Of a stretch of 64,000 bases of DNA, positions 52,682 through 64,000 are shown in pieces. The DNA comes from Mycobacteriales bacterium. Lineage in GTDB: Bacteria; Actinomycetota; Actinomycetes; JAFAQI01. Made by a program: the position numbers and the translations under genes. Position 1 is the stretch's first letter, and every line of letters begins with the position of its first letter. The notes under the pieces are model-generated. The model was not told the DNA's origin and searched no databases. It was given only the letters and a program-made list of their open reading frames with translations. The DNA lies in the NCBI GenBank assembly GCA_036268405.1, contig DATAUF010000002.1:6910-70909 (forward strand), read 5' to 3'.

Positions 52682-53667
52682 TGCGCATCCGAGCCGTCAT
52701 CGCCACCGAGCTCGGCCCACACCAACTTGCCGGAACCCGACGTCCGGTGTCCCCATTGACGTGCGGTCGCATCGACGATCCGCAGGCCGCGTCCGTGCTC
52801 GGCCGCAGTGGAAGCATCGCCCGGCTCCGGCACTCGGGGATCGGTGTCTCCCACGGCCAGTCGCACGCCGCCTGGCCCGCGAGCGATCGACACCGAGAAG
52901 TCGCACTCGCCATGCCGCACGGCGTTGGTCGCGAGCTCACTTGCGACGAGAATCGCGTCGTCACTCAGGTCGGACAGACCCCATGCCCGCAATGTGTCGC
53001 GGACGTACTGGCGAGCCGCGAGCGGTGCTCCCGGGTGGCCCGCGAAGTGCCGCGCCGTCTCGGCGTCGGCAGCGACGGGAGGGCCGAGGACGACCGAGGA
53101 ATGTACCGCGCACACCTCGCTGACACCTTCGGGTGCGTGCTCGGCAAGCATGAGATGCGAGGGATATGCGCACAGCAGAGTGAACGGGTGCGATGCGAGC
53201 AGTCCCTCCCACAGCCGCTCGAGCGCGAGCGCGCCCTCGCGGTTCCCGGCCTGCCAGAGCAAAGCCACCATCTCGCCGAATGCGCAGACGTCGCCGTGGC
53301 TGCGGAGCGCGCTGCGAACTGCCGAAGCGACATTTCGATCGAATGCGTCAGGGTCGGGCAGATCGCCGACCATGAACGAGTCGAGCGTGGCCTGCGCATC
53401 GAGGCAGAGGAGCTGATCTTTCTCGAGTGCGCTGCCGCTGACCGGCAGGGTGGATCGGAAGGCTTCGAGGTGGGACGGGGTCGCGATGGCGATCACGGCA
53501 GCGCCGCGCCGGACAGCCGCAGCGAATCGCTTGTCGGCCAGCGCGAGCAGGTCCTCGTCTCGGCGGTAGAAGGCGACGCTGTGGCGCTCGTCATCCTCCG
53601 GCAGGAGGCGAACCGCCCCGACCGACATGACGCCCACCCCCGGCTCGCGCGACCCCTTGCGTTTCAT
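52678..53667 (-). CDS. MEDS domain - HATPase_c (RsbW/SpoIIAB-like anti-sigma Ser kinase) protein
   Basis: N-terminal MEDS (HSVAFYRRDEDLL...LLCAYP); C-terminal ASELATNAVRHG N-box and EHGRGLRIV G2 box; start ATG 53667 (alternative ATG 53628). Confidence 0.8.
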   Translation of the reverse strand: MKRKGSREPGVGVMSVGAVRLLPEDDERHSVAFYRRDEDLLALADKRFAAAVRRGAAVIAIATPSHLEAFRSTLPVSGSALEKDQLLCLDAQATLDSFMVGDLPDPDAFDRNVASAVRSALRSHGDVCAFGEMVALLWQAGNREGALALERLWEGLLASHPFTLLCAYPSHLMLAEHAPEGVSEVCAVHSSVVLGPPVAADAETARHFAGHPGAPLAARQYVRDTLRAWGLSDLSDDAILVASELATNAVRHGECDFSVSIARGPGGVRLAVGDTDPRVPEPGDASTAAEHGRGLRIVDATARQWGHRTSGSGKLVWAELGGDDGSDAQ

Positions 53668-53721
53668 ATTGCCACTCGACGTCGATCGGAAACCAGGGAT
53701 GACCGTGGTAGATACCGAGGT

Positions 53722-55704
53722 GTGACCGCGCCCGTACTGGACACGCCCGCTGATCTGAGCGTCGAGTGGCTCACGGCGGCGCTGCCATTACCGGAGGGCG
53801 CTCGGGTCATCGGCTTCACAGCTACGCCGGTCGGCACCGGGCAGATGGCCGACACCGTGCGGATCGAGTTGGACTACGAGCCTGTGAATGCCGGCCCCGC
53901 GACGGTGGTCGCGAAGTTCGCCTCCTCCGACCCGAACAGCCGCGCCGCCGGGCGGCTGGTGCGCTGCTATGAGATCGAAGTCTCGATCTACTCCGAGCTG
54001 CCCGCGTTGCCGGGCGTCCCCGAGCACTACTTCGCTCAGTGGGATGCGGACACCGACTCGTTCACTCTTCTGCTCGCCGACCTCGCACCCTGCAGCCAGG
54101 GAGACGACATCGCGGGCTGCGACCAGGCTGTCGCGGCGGAAGCGCTGAAGCGGCTAGCCAAGCTGCATGCCTTCGTGTGGGAGAGCGAGGAGCACGCAGC
54201 GCGCACCTGGCTGAACCGCTCTTCGCCGGAGAACACCGCCACCCTGACCGGAATCATCACGATGGTGGCGCCGTCATTTCTCGAGCGTTTCGATCGTCAT
54301 CTCGCGGCGGAGCACCGGGCGCTGGTCGAGCGCCTGATCCCGAATGTCACGACGCTGATCGGCTGGTACGACGGGCCGAGGACGCTTGTTCACGGCGACT
54401 ACCGGCTGGACAACATGCTGTTCCCCGATGCCTCCACCACGCCGATGATCGTCGACTGGCAGACCGCGTCATGGGGCTCGCCCGCCACCGACGTCGCCTA
54501 CTTCATCGGCGGAAGCCTGACGACCGAGTTGCGGCGCGAGCACTCGGTCGCGCTGCTCGACGTCTACTACGACGCGCTGGTGGCCGGGGGCGTCACGTCG
54601 TACTCCCGCGAGCAGCTTGAGCTCGACGTCCGGTTGGCTTCCTTCGGCGGCGTCATGATGGCCGTCATGGCGGCCATCCTCGTCGTCCAGACCGAACGCG
54701 GGGATGAGATGTTCGCGGAGATGTTCCGGCGCCACGCGCAGCACGCTCTCGACCTCGACGCAGAGGCGTTGTTGCCAGACGCGCCGGCGGAACCCAGCCA
54801 CATCGTCGATGCGGTCGACGAAGGGCGGCACGAGCCTGACGCCGAGCCGTTGTGGAACGAGTCCTGGTATGCCGATGTCGTCGCATCGGATGGCTCGGTC
54901 GCGGCGTACATCCGCCTCGGCCTCTATCCCAACCTCGATGCGGCGTGGTGGCACGTAGCCGTCGTCGGTCCGGATCGCCCGGTGGTGGTCTGTCAGCGTG
55001 TTGATCTCGACGTCCCCGCCGACGGTCTGACCGTGTCTGTCGAGGGTGTCGACATCGCGCTGACGGTCGACAAGGAGCTCGAGTCGTTCACGGTGCGCGG
55101 CACGATGACCGGCGCTTGCTACCCGGTGGCCGCCGACGTGTACGGCGGCAAGCCGTGCGATCCGGTGCGGATCGACATCGACCTGACCTGGGCGACCGAC
55201 GGTGTCCCGTACCGGTACCCGTGGACGACGAGGTATGAGATCCCGTGCACCGTGAGCGGCACCGTGACGGTTGATGACGAGCAGCTGCGATTCGACGGTC
55301 CCGGCCAGCGCGACCACTCCTGGGGGGTCCGCGACTGGTGGTCCTTCGGCTGGTGCTGGTCCTCCGGCCACTTTGACGACGGGACCCACACTCACCTGAC
55401 GGAGGTCCGACTAGAGGGCGGGCCGTTCCATGCCGGATATGTCCAGCGCGCAGACGAGGTCATCGCTGTGGCGAGCGGTTCTGTCAGCGAGGACATCGCT
55501 GAGCACGGCTTCCCGCGGCATGCCACGGTGCGTCACGACGACCTCGTGGTCGAGGTCGAGCCGCTTGCCTTCGGACCGATCCTGCTGACGTCGCCGGACG
55601 GCCGGGTCGGGCGCTTCCCGCGGGCGTCAGCGCGGTTCACCACGGCGGATGGACGCCATGGCCTGGGCTGGATCGAGTGGAACCAGCCGCCGAGCCAACC
55701 CTGA
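53722..55704 (+). CDS. Fusion protein: EcKL/CHK-type kinase-like domain + RD(R/H)SW-motif domain (paralog 3)
   Basis: Only in-frame start after the divergent gene is GTG 53722. N-terminal half has HGDYRLDNMLF and VDWQ. C-terminal half has GQRDHSWGVRDWW and is collinear with 36177..37064 and 38751..39803. Confidence 0.8.
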   Translation: MTAPVLDTPADLSVEWLTAALPLPEGARVIGFTATPVGTGQMADTVRIELDYEPVNAGPATVVAKFASSDPNSRAAGRLVRCYEIEVSIYSELPALPGVPEHYFAQWDADTDSFTLLLADLAPCSQGDDIAGCDQAVAAEALKRLAKLHAFVWESEEHAARTWLNRSSPENTATLTGIITMVAPSFLERFDRHLAAEHRALVERLIPNVTTLIGWYDGPRTLVHGDYRLDNMLFPDASTTPMIVDWQTASWGSPATDVAYFIGGSLTTELRREHSVALLDVYYDALVAGGVTSYSREQLELDVRLASFGGVMMAVMAAILVVQTERGDEMFAEMFRRHAQHALDLDAEALLPDAPAEPSHIVDAVDEGRHEPDAEPLWNESWYADVVASDGSVAAYIRLGLYPNLDAAWWHVAVVGPDRPVVVCQRVDLDVPADGLTVSVEGVDIALTVDKELESFTVRGTMTGACYPVAADVYGGKPCDPVRIDIDLTWATDGVPYRYPWTTRYEIPCTVSGTVTVDDEQLRFDGPGQRDHSWGVRDWWSFGWCWSSGHFDDGTHTHLTEVRLEGGPFHAGYVQRADEVIAVASGSVSEDIAEHGFPRHATVRHDDLVVEVEPLAFGPILLTSPDGRVGRFPRASARFTTADGRHGLGWIEWNQPPSQP

Positions 55705-55715
55705 CCTGACCGCGG

Positions 55716-58298
55716 TCAGGCCGGCTGCGAGACGAGCAACGCGACCGGGAGCCGACTGAGCACGCTCGCCACCTCGAGCCGGCCGCCGTCGCACGTCACG
55801 GTGACACCGGTCAGCGCATCGACGAAACGACGGGAGGCCAGCTCCGCAAGATCGATCGCGGTGTCCTGCCAGAGCTCTCCCACGGCGAACGCGTCACTAC
55901 CGGCAAGGGTCAGCGTCAGCCGCGGCACGAGGCAGATCGCCGCGTCGTCGCCGTCGCGGCGGGCGAACGCGACGACGTGATCGCGCGCCGAGCCATGGAC
56001 CGCCAGCGCGCGGTACGTGCCGCGCGCGAACAGGTCGGGGTGGGACCGCCGCACGTGCAACGCGGCGCGCAGCACGGCCTGCTTGACTCGCCCGTCCCGC
56101 CAGTCGGCGAGCAGTCGGACGGCTTCGGTGGCGCGCTCGGGATCGCCCATCGCAGACAGCGTGCTGAGAGCAGCGCGATGGTGCTCGAGATCGAGCGGTC
56201 GGCGGTTGTCCGGGTCGACCAGTGCCAGAAACCACAGGTCATCGGACTGGTAGACGTCCGGCACGCCGGGCGCGACGGCACGCAGGACGACCGAAGCGAG
56301 CGAGTTCGTCACCCCGGGTCTGTCGAGCGTTGCGGAGACCCCCCGGAGGATGGATCGCGATGCGGGTTCGCGCAACGTCTGCTCCGCGAGGTCCCGCAGT
56401 CGTTGTTCGTACCGCTCGTCGGGCCGCAACCAGCTGGTGTTGCGCTTGGCTTCGCGCGCGGCCTTCACCAGATGGTCCTGGATTCGTCCGATGAATGTCC
56501 CGTCGATGTCCCCGGCCGTTGGCCAGGCGCCGACGATGGTCTCGTAGGCGTAGCGGCGATCGGCGGCGTCGGGCCCGGAGCGGCCGTGACGCACTTCCAG
56601 GTCCGCGACCGCCGCTTCCCAATCTTGTGGGCTCTCCGAGAGGACCGCGAGGCGACACCGTACGTCGTGGCTCCGCTTGCTGTCGTGGGTGGACAGCGTG
56701 CTCAGCCCGAGCGAGCTGTGTCGGGCGCGGTCCGAGAGCGCCTCATGCAGCTGCGACGGAGCCACGGCCGGGTCGTCCGGATGGCCGCCGACGTCCGCCA
56801 CTGCCAGCAGCGTCCCGGGCGTGTAGAGCGCCGTGTCCTCGACGCCCTTCGCGACGACCGCCGGCGTGAACTGCTGCCATGCCCCGATCGCGTCCCATCC
56901 GCTTCCGGCGAGATCGGTCGGTCCCCGCAGGACCGCCAGCACTGAGTCGAGCGCGGCGACCTCGCGCTCGGCCAGCTTGTCGCGTGCCGCCGCCGCGGCC
57001 TCGCCGAGTCGCCGATGGTCGCTCGCTGTCACCGGCTGATCGATACACCGGTAGGTCCGGTAGACCGCGAGGTTCGACGTGAGAGCCTGCACCGCTGCCG
57101 CGACGTCAGCGGAGTTGGGCCGCGTCGATGAGGCGCTCGCAACGGCACGGGTCATCCGGCTGCTGACGTACCCGAGCCGGGCGGGGAACAGCGAGGCGAT
57201 GGCGTGGTCCTTGGCCTCCGTCGCGCGGGTCCGGAACGAGCGTTCATCGCTCGTCGCCGCCGCGAGAGCCTGAGTTGCCCGCGCGGCTCCGGCCTCGTCG
57301 ATGAACAGACCAGTGACGAGCATGGCGAACTCGTATCCCGTGGTGCCTTCGACCGGCCATCCGGGAAGCTGCTCGTCGCGCTCGAGGATCTTCTCGACGA
57401 GGATCACCGGGCGGTCCATCCCGCCGGTGGTCACACCGTCGAGTGCGTCGCGCAGCATCGCGAGGTACGCCGCCGGGTCGCGAAGACCGTCGACGTGGTC
57501 GACCCGGACTCCCGCGACTCTCGGATCGGCCGCGAGCTCGATGATCAGCTGGTGCGTGACCGCGAAGACTTCCGGATCCTCTTGGCGAAGGCCGATCAGA
57601 TCGTTGATGTCGAAGAACCGCCGGTAGTTGACGGTGTTCCCGGCGCTTTGCCAGTCCACGAGCCGATAGTGCTGGTGGGACAGCACAAGCTCCAGCTGCC
57701 TGCGGGCCGGTGGTTCCTTGACGTCACGCGCGTCTGCCAGGTCGGCGGCGATGTCCTCGTCGCCGGCCGGATCGACAGGGAGTTGGAGGTCGCCGTAGGC
57801 CAGCAGATAGCCCGAACCTGCCTTGGGCCGGGTCAGGCGCAGCTGTCCGGCATCCATGACGTCAACGACGTTGCCGTCGAGGACGGGGAGGACGACTTTG
57901 TTGTCCGCGGCCTCCCACGCGATGTCGAACACCTGGGCGTAGCGCGACCCGCGACCGTAACGGAGAACGTCGGCGAACATCGGGTTCTCCACTGACGCAG
58001 CCATGTGGTTGGGCACGATGTCGACGAGCAGACGCATCCCGTGGGCCTCGAGGGACTCCAGCAGCCCGTCGAGATCCGCGCGGCTGCCGAGCTCGGGATC
58101 GAGGACGGTCGGGTCGACGACGTCGTAGCCGTGAGCGCTTCCGCTGCGCGCCCGGGTGATCGGCGAGACATAGAGCGTCTCGACGCCGAGCTCGTGCAGG
58201 AAAGGCACCACGCGACCGGCAGCGGTGAAGCCGAGTCCGTTGAGCTGCAACCGATAGGTCGATCCGAGCTGCCGGAGCGGCGCGCTGTCGGTGGACAT
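55716..58298 (-). CDS. treY: Malto-oligosyltrehalose synthase
   Basis: ATG 58298; TYRLQL...LGVETLYVSPI...GYDV and DIVPNHMA, GH13 TreY hallmarks. Confidence 0.9.
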   Translation of the reverse strand: MSTDSAPLRQLGSTYRLQLNGLGFTAAGRVVPFLHELGVETLYVSPITRARSGSAHGYDVVDPTVLDPELGSRADLDGLLESLEAHGMRLLVDIVPNHMAASVENPMFADVLRYGRGSRYAQVFDIAWEAADNKVVLPVLDGNVVDVMDAGQLRLTRPKAGSGYLLAYGDLQLPVDPAGDEDIAADLADARDVKEPPARRQLELVLSHQHYRLVDWQSAGNTVNYRRFFDINDLIGLRQEDPEVFAVTHQLIIELAADPRVAGVRVDHVDGLRDPAAYLAMLRDALDGVTTGGMDRPVILVEKILERDEQLPGWPVEGTTGYEFAMLVTGLFIDEAGAARATQALAAATSDERSFRTRATEAKDHAIASLFPARLGYVSSRMTRAVASASSTRPNSADVAAAVQALTSNLAVYRTYRCIDQPVTASDHRRLGEAAAAARDKLAEREVAALDSVLAVLRGPTDLAGSGWDAIGAWQQFTPAVVAKGVEDTALYTPGTLLAVADVGGHPDDPAVAPSQLHEALSDRARHSSLGLSTLSTHDSKRSHDVRCRLAVLSESPQDWEAAVADLEVRHGRSGPDAADRRYAYETIVGAWPTAGDIDGTFIGRIQDHLVKAAREAKRNTSWLRPDERYEQRLRDLAEQTLREPASRSILRGVSATLDRPGVTNSLASVVLRAVAPGVPDVYQSDDLWFLALVDPDNRRPLDLEHHRAALSTLSAMGDPERATEAVRLLADWRDGRVKQAVLRAALHVRRSHPDLFARGTYRALAVHGSARDHVVAFARRDGDDAAICLVPRLTLTLAGSDAFAVGELWQDTAIDLAELASRRFVDALTGVTVTCDGGRLEVASVLSRLPVALLVSQPA

Positions 58299-58300
58299 CG

Positions 58301-60420
<2,120 letters not shown>

Positions 60421-60424
<4 letters not shown>

Positions 60425-62253
60425 GCTGCACCCCGCGTGCAGACCGCGAACCCGAACGGCTCCAGCGACAGCAGGCCGTCCACGACGTCCGCTGCCGCCG
60501 CTTCGGGCTGCGCCGCAACGTCAGTCGAGCCGAGCGCTTGACGCCAGGCGGTCGTGCCTGGCAACCGCATGTCGCGCGGCTCGTCGCAGAAGTTGAGCGC
60601 CACCGCGAGCTCGTCCCCGCCCTGCCGCCGGTAGATGATCACGACTCCGTCCTCCAGATAGCTGATGGACTCCTCGACCCGCGGCTGGCGGATCAGCGGC
60701 AGGGCGCGGCGCAGCCCGAGGAGCCGGCGCACCAGGTCGAGCATGGCCACGCCGTCGGGCGACCGCCGCCCGGCGCGGTCGAGCCGCGCCAGTGCGAATG
60801 TCTCGGGGGAGGCCGGATCGAACTGATCCGCGTCTCGACCGAACTCCGCAGCCCGCCCACGGCGCACGTCGTCGAGCAGTCCGGGGTCGCCGTGGTCGAC
60901 GAAGTACGGGAACGGCGTGGTGGCGGCGTACTCCTCGCCCATGAAGATCAGGGGCACGTTGGGGGACAGCAGTGTGGCGGCCGCCGCGAGCCGGGTCCTT
61001 CGTTCGTCGACGATGCTCGCCAGCCGCTCGGCGCCGGCCCGGTTGCCGACCTGGTCGTGGTTCTGGGCGAAGACAACGAGCCGATCGGCGGGGGTGCTCG
61101 GTGCGATGCAGCCGTGTCGCCGGCCGCGGAACTGCGAGTACTCGCCGCGAAAGACGAAGCCGTGGGTGTAGGCGGTCACGAGCTGCTCGAGGGAGCCGTA
61201 GTCGCGGTAGTAGCCGTCGCGCTCACTGGTGAGCACCGCGTGCAACGCGTGGTGGAAGTCGTCGTTCCACTGCATGCGGAAGCCGAAGCCGGCCGGCGGC
61301 GCCGTGACGACGAGCGGGTTGTTGTCCGCGCTCTCCGCGATCGTGATGAGCGGCCGGCCGACCCGCTCGGACAACGCTCCCACCGCCAGCGTCAGCTCGC
61401 GCAGAAACGGCGAGGCGGTCGGGTCGACGATTCCGTGTACGGCGTCGAATCGCAGCCCGTCGACATGGAAGTCGCGCAGCCACATCAGCGCGTTGTCGGT
61501 GAAGTAGCGCCGCACCTCGTCGGATCCGGCCTCCGAGAAGTTCATCGCCGGCCCCCACGGCGTGGCATAGGTGTCGGTGACGTAGGGCCCGAAGTGCTGG
61601 TGCACCGAACCTTCGGGACCGAGATGGTTGTAGACCACGTCAAGGATCACCGCGAGCCCACGGGCGTGACACGCATCGACGAAGCGCTGGAAACCTTCCG
61701 GCCCGCCATATCCCTCGTGGACCGCGAACGGGAAGACGCCGTCGTACCCCCAGTTGCGGTTGCCGGGAAACGCGGCAATCGGCATCGGCTCGACCGCGTT
61801 GACGCCGAGATCGGCCAGCTCGTCGAGATGCTCGACCGCCGTATCGAACGTCCCTCCGTCGCTGAACGTGCCGACGTGGAGCTCGTAGATCACCAGCTCG
61901 CCGGCGGCGGGCGGGACGAACGTCGCGTCGCGCCAGACGTAGCGGCTCGGGTCGAAGCCGCGGGACGGCCCGTGCACCCCCTCGGGTTGGCGACGCGATG
62001 CCGGGTCCGCGAACGCCCGGCCGTCGGCCAGCACGAAGTGGTACGTCGGCTCGCTCTGGAGCTCGCCGACCGTGCCGTAGTGGTAGCCGCAGCCGCCGGG
62101 CTGCAACGCCACGTCTCGCGTGCCGCCCGGCTCGTCGATGCGGACGCGGAGCCCCTCGCGGTCGGGCGCCCAGACCGTGAACGCCCACTCGCCGTCGCCG
62201 ATCCGGCTCGCTCCGAGCGGCAAGGACCGAGGCGGATCGGTGTCCGCCGTCAC
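60421..62253 (-). CDS. treZ: Malto-oligosyltrehalose trehalohydrolase
   Basis: GTG 62253 overlaps the glgB stop (GTGA); VILDVVYNHLGPEG; DGLRFDAVH; 610 aa. Confidence 0.9.
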
Positions 62254-64000
62254 CCCGCCGCCCGGAAGGCGACAACGGCCAGCGGCGGCAGCGTCATCTC
62301 GAGGCAGTGTTGGAAGCCGCCCCATTGATCCTCGGTTGCAGTAATGCCCCCGAGGTTGCCGACGCCGCTGCCACCGTAGGTCTCGGCGTCGCTGTTGAGC
62401 ACCTCGTCCCAGCGACCACCGACCGGCACCCCCAGCCGGTGGTGGAGGCGGGGGATGGGGGTGAAGTTCAACGCGACGAGCACGGTCTCGCCCGATCGGG
62501 ACCGGCGCAAGAAGCTCGCCGTGCTTTCGGGCGCGTCGTCGTAGCGCACCCACTGGAAGCCATCGGCGTCGCAGTCGAGCTCGTGCAGAGCGGGTTCGGC
62601 GCGGTAGGCGCGGTTGAGGTCGCCGACCCAGCGCAGCATGCCTGCGTGCAACGGCTCGGCGAGCAGATCCCAGTCCAGCGATTGCTCGTGCGCCCACTCC
62701 CGAAGCTGGGCGAACTCCCCGCCCATGAACACCAGCTTCTTGCCGGGCTGCGTGTACTGGTAGCCGAACAGCAGCCGCAGGTTCGCGAACCTCTGCCACT
62801 CGTCGCCCGGCATCTTGGTGAGCAACGAACCCTTGCCGTGCGTCACCTCGTCGTGCGAGAGCGGCAGTACGTAGTTCTCGGTGAATGCATAGACGGCTCT
62901 GAAGGTGAGCTGCCCGTGGTGATGACGGCGGTGGACCGGGTCGTACTCGAGATAGGCGAGCGTGTCGTGCATCCAGCCCATGTCCCACTTCATGCCGAAG
63001 CCCAGCCCGCCTGCCTCGATCGGCCGCGAGACGCCCGGCCACGCCGTCGACTCCTCAGCGATCATCTGCACGTCCGGATGGTCGGCATAGACGCCGGCAT
63101 TGAGCGCCTTGAGGAAGTCGACCGCCTCGAGGTTCTCCCTGCCGCCGTACCGGTTCGGCAGCCACTCTCCGGGTTGGCGGGAGTAGTCGCGGTAGAGCAT
63201 CGACGCGACGGCGTCGACCCGAAGCCCGTCTGCGTGGAACATCCGCAGCCAGTGGTCGGCTGAGGATGCGAGGAACGACCGCACCTCGTGCCGGTCGTAG
63301 TTGAAGATCAGGCTGCCCCAGTCCGGGTGGTAGCCCAGCCGAGGGTCCTCGTGCTCGTAGAGGTGGGTGCCGTCGAAGCCGGCCAGGGCGAACGAGTCGC
63401 CGGGGAAGTGCGACGGCACCCAGTCGATGATCACGCCGATGCCGGCCTGATGCAGCTGGTCGATGAGGAACATCAGGTCCTGGGGTGTCCCTTGCCGTGC
63501 GCTTGCCGCGAAGTACGACGTCACCTGATAGCCCCACGAGCCGTAGAACGGGTGCTCCATCACCGGCAGGAACTCCACGTGGGTGAACCCGGTGGCAGTG
63601 AGGTACTCGATCAGCGGCTCGGCGAGCTCGCGGTAGCCGAGCGGCTCGGACGGCTGCTGTGGGTCACGCCGCCACGATCCGAGGTGCATCTCGTAGATCG
63701 ACATCGGTGCGTCGAGTGCGTTGCGACGTCCGCGTGATCCCATCCACTCGGCGTCGTGCCACTCGTAGTCCAGATCCCACAGCACCGACCCGGTGAGCGG
63801 CGGCACCTCAGTCCGGATCGCGAACGGGTCGGCCTTCTCCAGCACCAGTCCGTTGCGAGTCGTGATCTCGTACTTGTAGATCTGGCCTTTCTTCGCATTG
63901 GCGACGACGCCCTCCCAGATCCCCGAGCTGCCCCGCGCCTGCAGCGGCGTGTCATCACCTGTCCACCCGTTGAAGTCGCCGACGACGTTGACGGCCGTGG
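62250..64000 (-). CDS. glgB: 1,4-alpha-glucan branching enzyme (5'-partial, continues beyond window)
   Basis: VIIDWVPSHFP, DGLRVDAVASMLY, MIAEESTAWPGV. The frame stays open upstream of track start 63845 to the window edge (VVGDFNGWTGDDTPLQARGSSGIWEGVVANAKKGQIYKYEI). Confidence 0.93.
   Translation of the reverse strand, partial: TAVNVVGDFNGWTGDDTPLQARGSSGIWEGVVANAKKGQIYKYEITTRNGLVLEKADPFAIRTEVPPLTGSVLWDLDYEWHDAEWMGSRGRRNALDAPMSIYEMHLGSWRRDPQQPSEPLGYRELAEPLIEYLTATGFTHVEFLPVMEHPFYGSWGYQVTSYFAASARQGTPQDLMFLIDQLHQAGIGVIIDWVPSHFPGDSFALAGFDGTHLYEHEDPRLGYHPDWGSLIFNYDRHEVRSFLASSADHWLRMFHADGLRVDAVASMLYRDYSRQPGEWLPNRYGGRENLEAVDFLKALNAGVYADHPDVQMIAEESTAWPGVSRPIEAGGLGFGMKWDMGWMHDTLAYLEYDPVHRRHHHGQLTFRAVYAFTENYVLPLSHDEVTHGKGSLLTKMPGDEWQRFANLRLLFGYQYTQPGKKLVFMGGEFAQLREWAHEQSLDWDLLAEPLHAGMLRWVGDLNRAYRAEPALHELDCDADGFQWVRYDDAPESTASFLRRSRSGETVLVALNFTPIPRLHHRLGVPVGGRWDEVLNSDAETYGGSGVGNLGGITATEDQWGGFQHCLEMTLPPLAVVAFRAAG

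Noticed and set aside
52747-53721. 5' extension of the 985-aa track ORF upstream of the kinase-DUF fusion
   Set aside because: The extension is antisense to the well-supported MEDS-kinase gene, has no motifs and contains no ATG/GTG/TTG closer than 52747. The kinase homology begins right after GTG 53722.

Overview
Very GC-rich (by eye about 70%), densely coding chromosomal segment. Gene content, frequent GTG/TTG starts and 4-nt start/stop overlaps point to an actinobacterium (Mycobacterium/Nocardioides-like). I support about 60 protein genes and saw no rRNA, tRNA, CRISPR array, transposase or phage genes. Positions 1-28,800 form a lipid/alkyl-aromatic catabolic supercluster: Rieske oxygenase alpha/beta, P450 plus 3Fe-4S ferredoxin, aldehyde dehydrogenase, two acyl-CoA synthetases, three tandem enoyl-CoA hydratases, two acyl-CoA dehydrogenases, three thiolases, an SCPx-type thiolase next to an HMG-CoA-synthase-like/DUF35 fusion, several SDRs, an SCP2 protein and two paralogous TetR regulators. 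A secreted S53 (sedolisin) peptidase and a decayed histidine-kinase fragment also lie there. Positions 28,800-36,200 hold a Liv-type ABC importer (two ATPases, fused LivH-LivM permease, lipoprotein binding protein) interrupted by an uncharacterized three-gene surface/membrane module. Positions 36,200-47,300 hold TetR-controlled cassettes built from small-molecule kinases (APH and EcKL types), three paralogs of an uncharacterized RD(R/H)SW-motif protein, a CrtI-like flavoprotein, an LLM oxidoreductase and membrane proteins. Positions 47,400-55,700 hold DUF1203, a secreted GH3 beta-glucosidase, a TetR-coupled membrane desaturase, a MEDS-kinase/MEDS-STAS partner-switching pair and a kinase-DUF fusion. 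Positions 55,700-64,000 are a coupled glgB-treZ-glgX(treX)-treY operon, with glgB running off the right edge. The non-genic signals I rate highest are a recurrent 19-nt AT-rich element upstream of seven transcription units, perfect palindromes at four TetR promoters, and a 20-bp-stem inverted repeat between convergent genes. Start codons were chosen by manual codon inspection. All family calls rest on motifs read in the translations, not on database searches.
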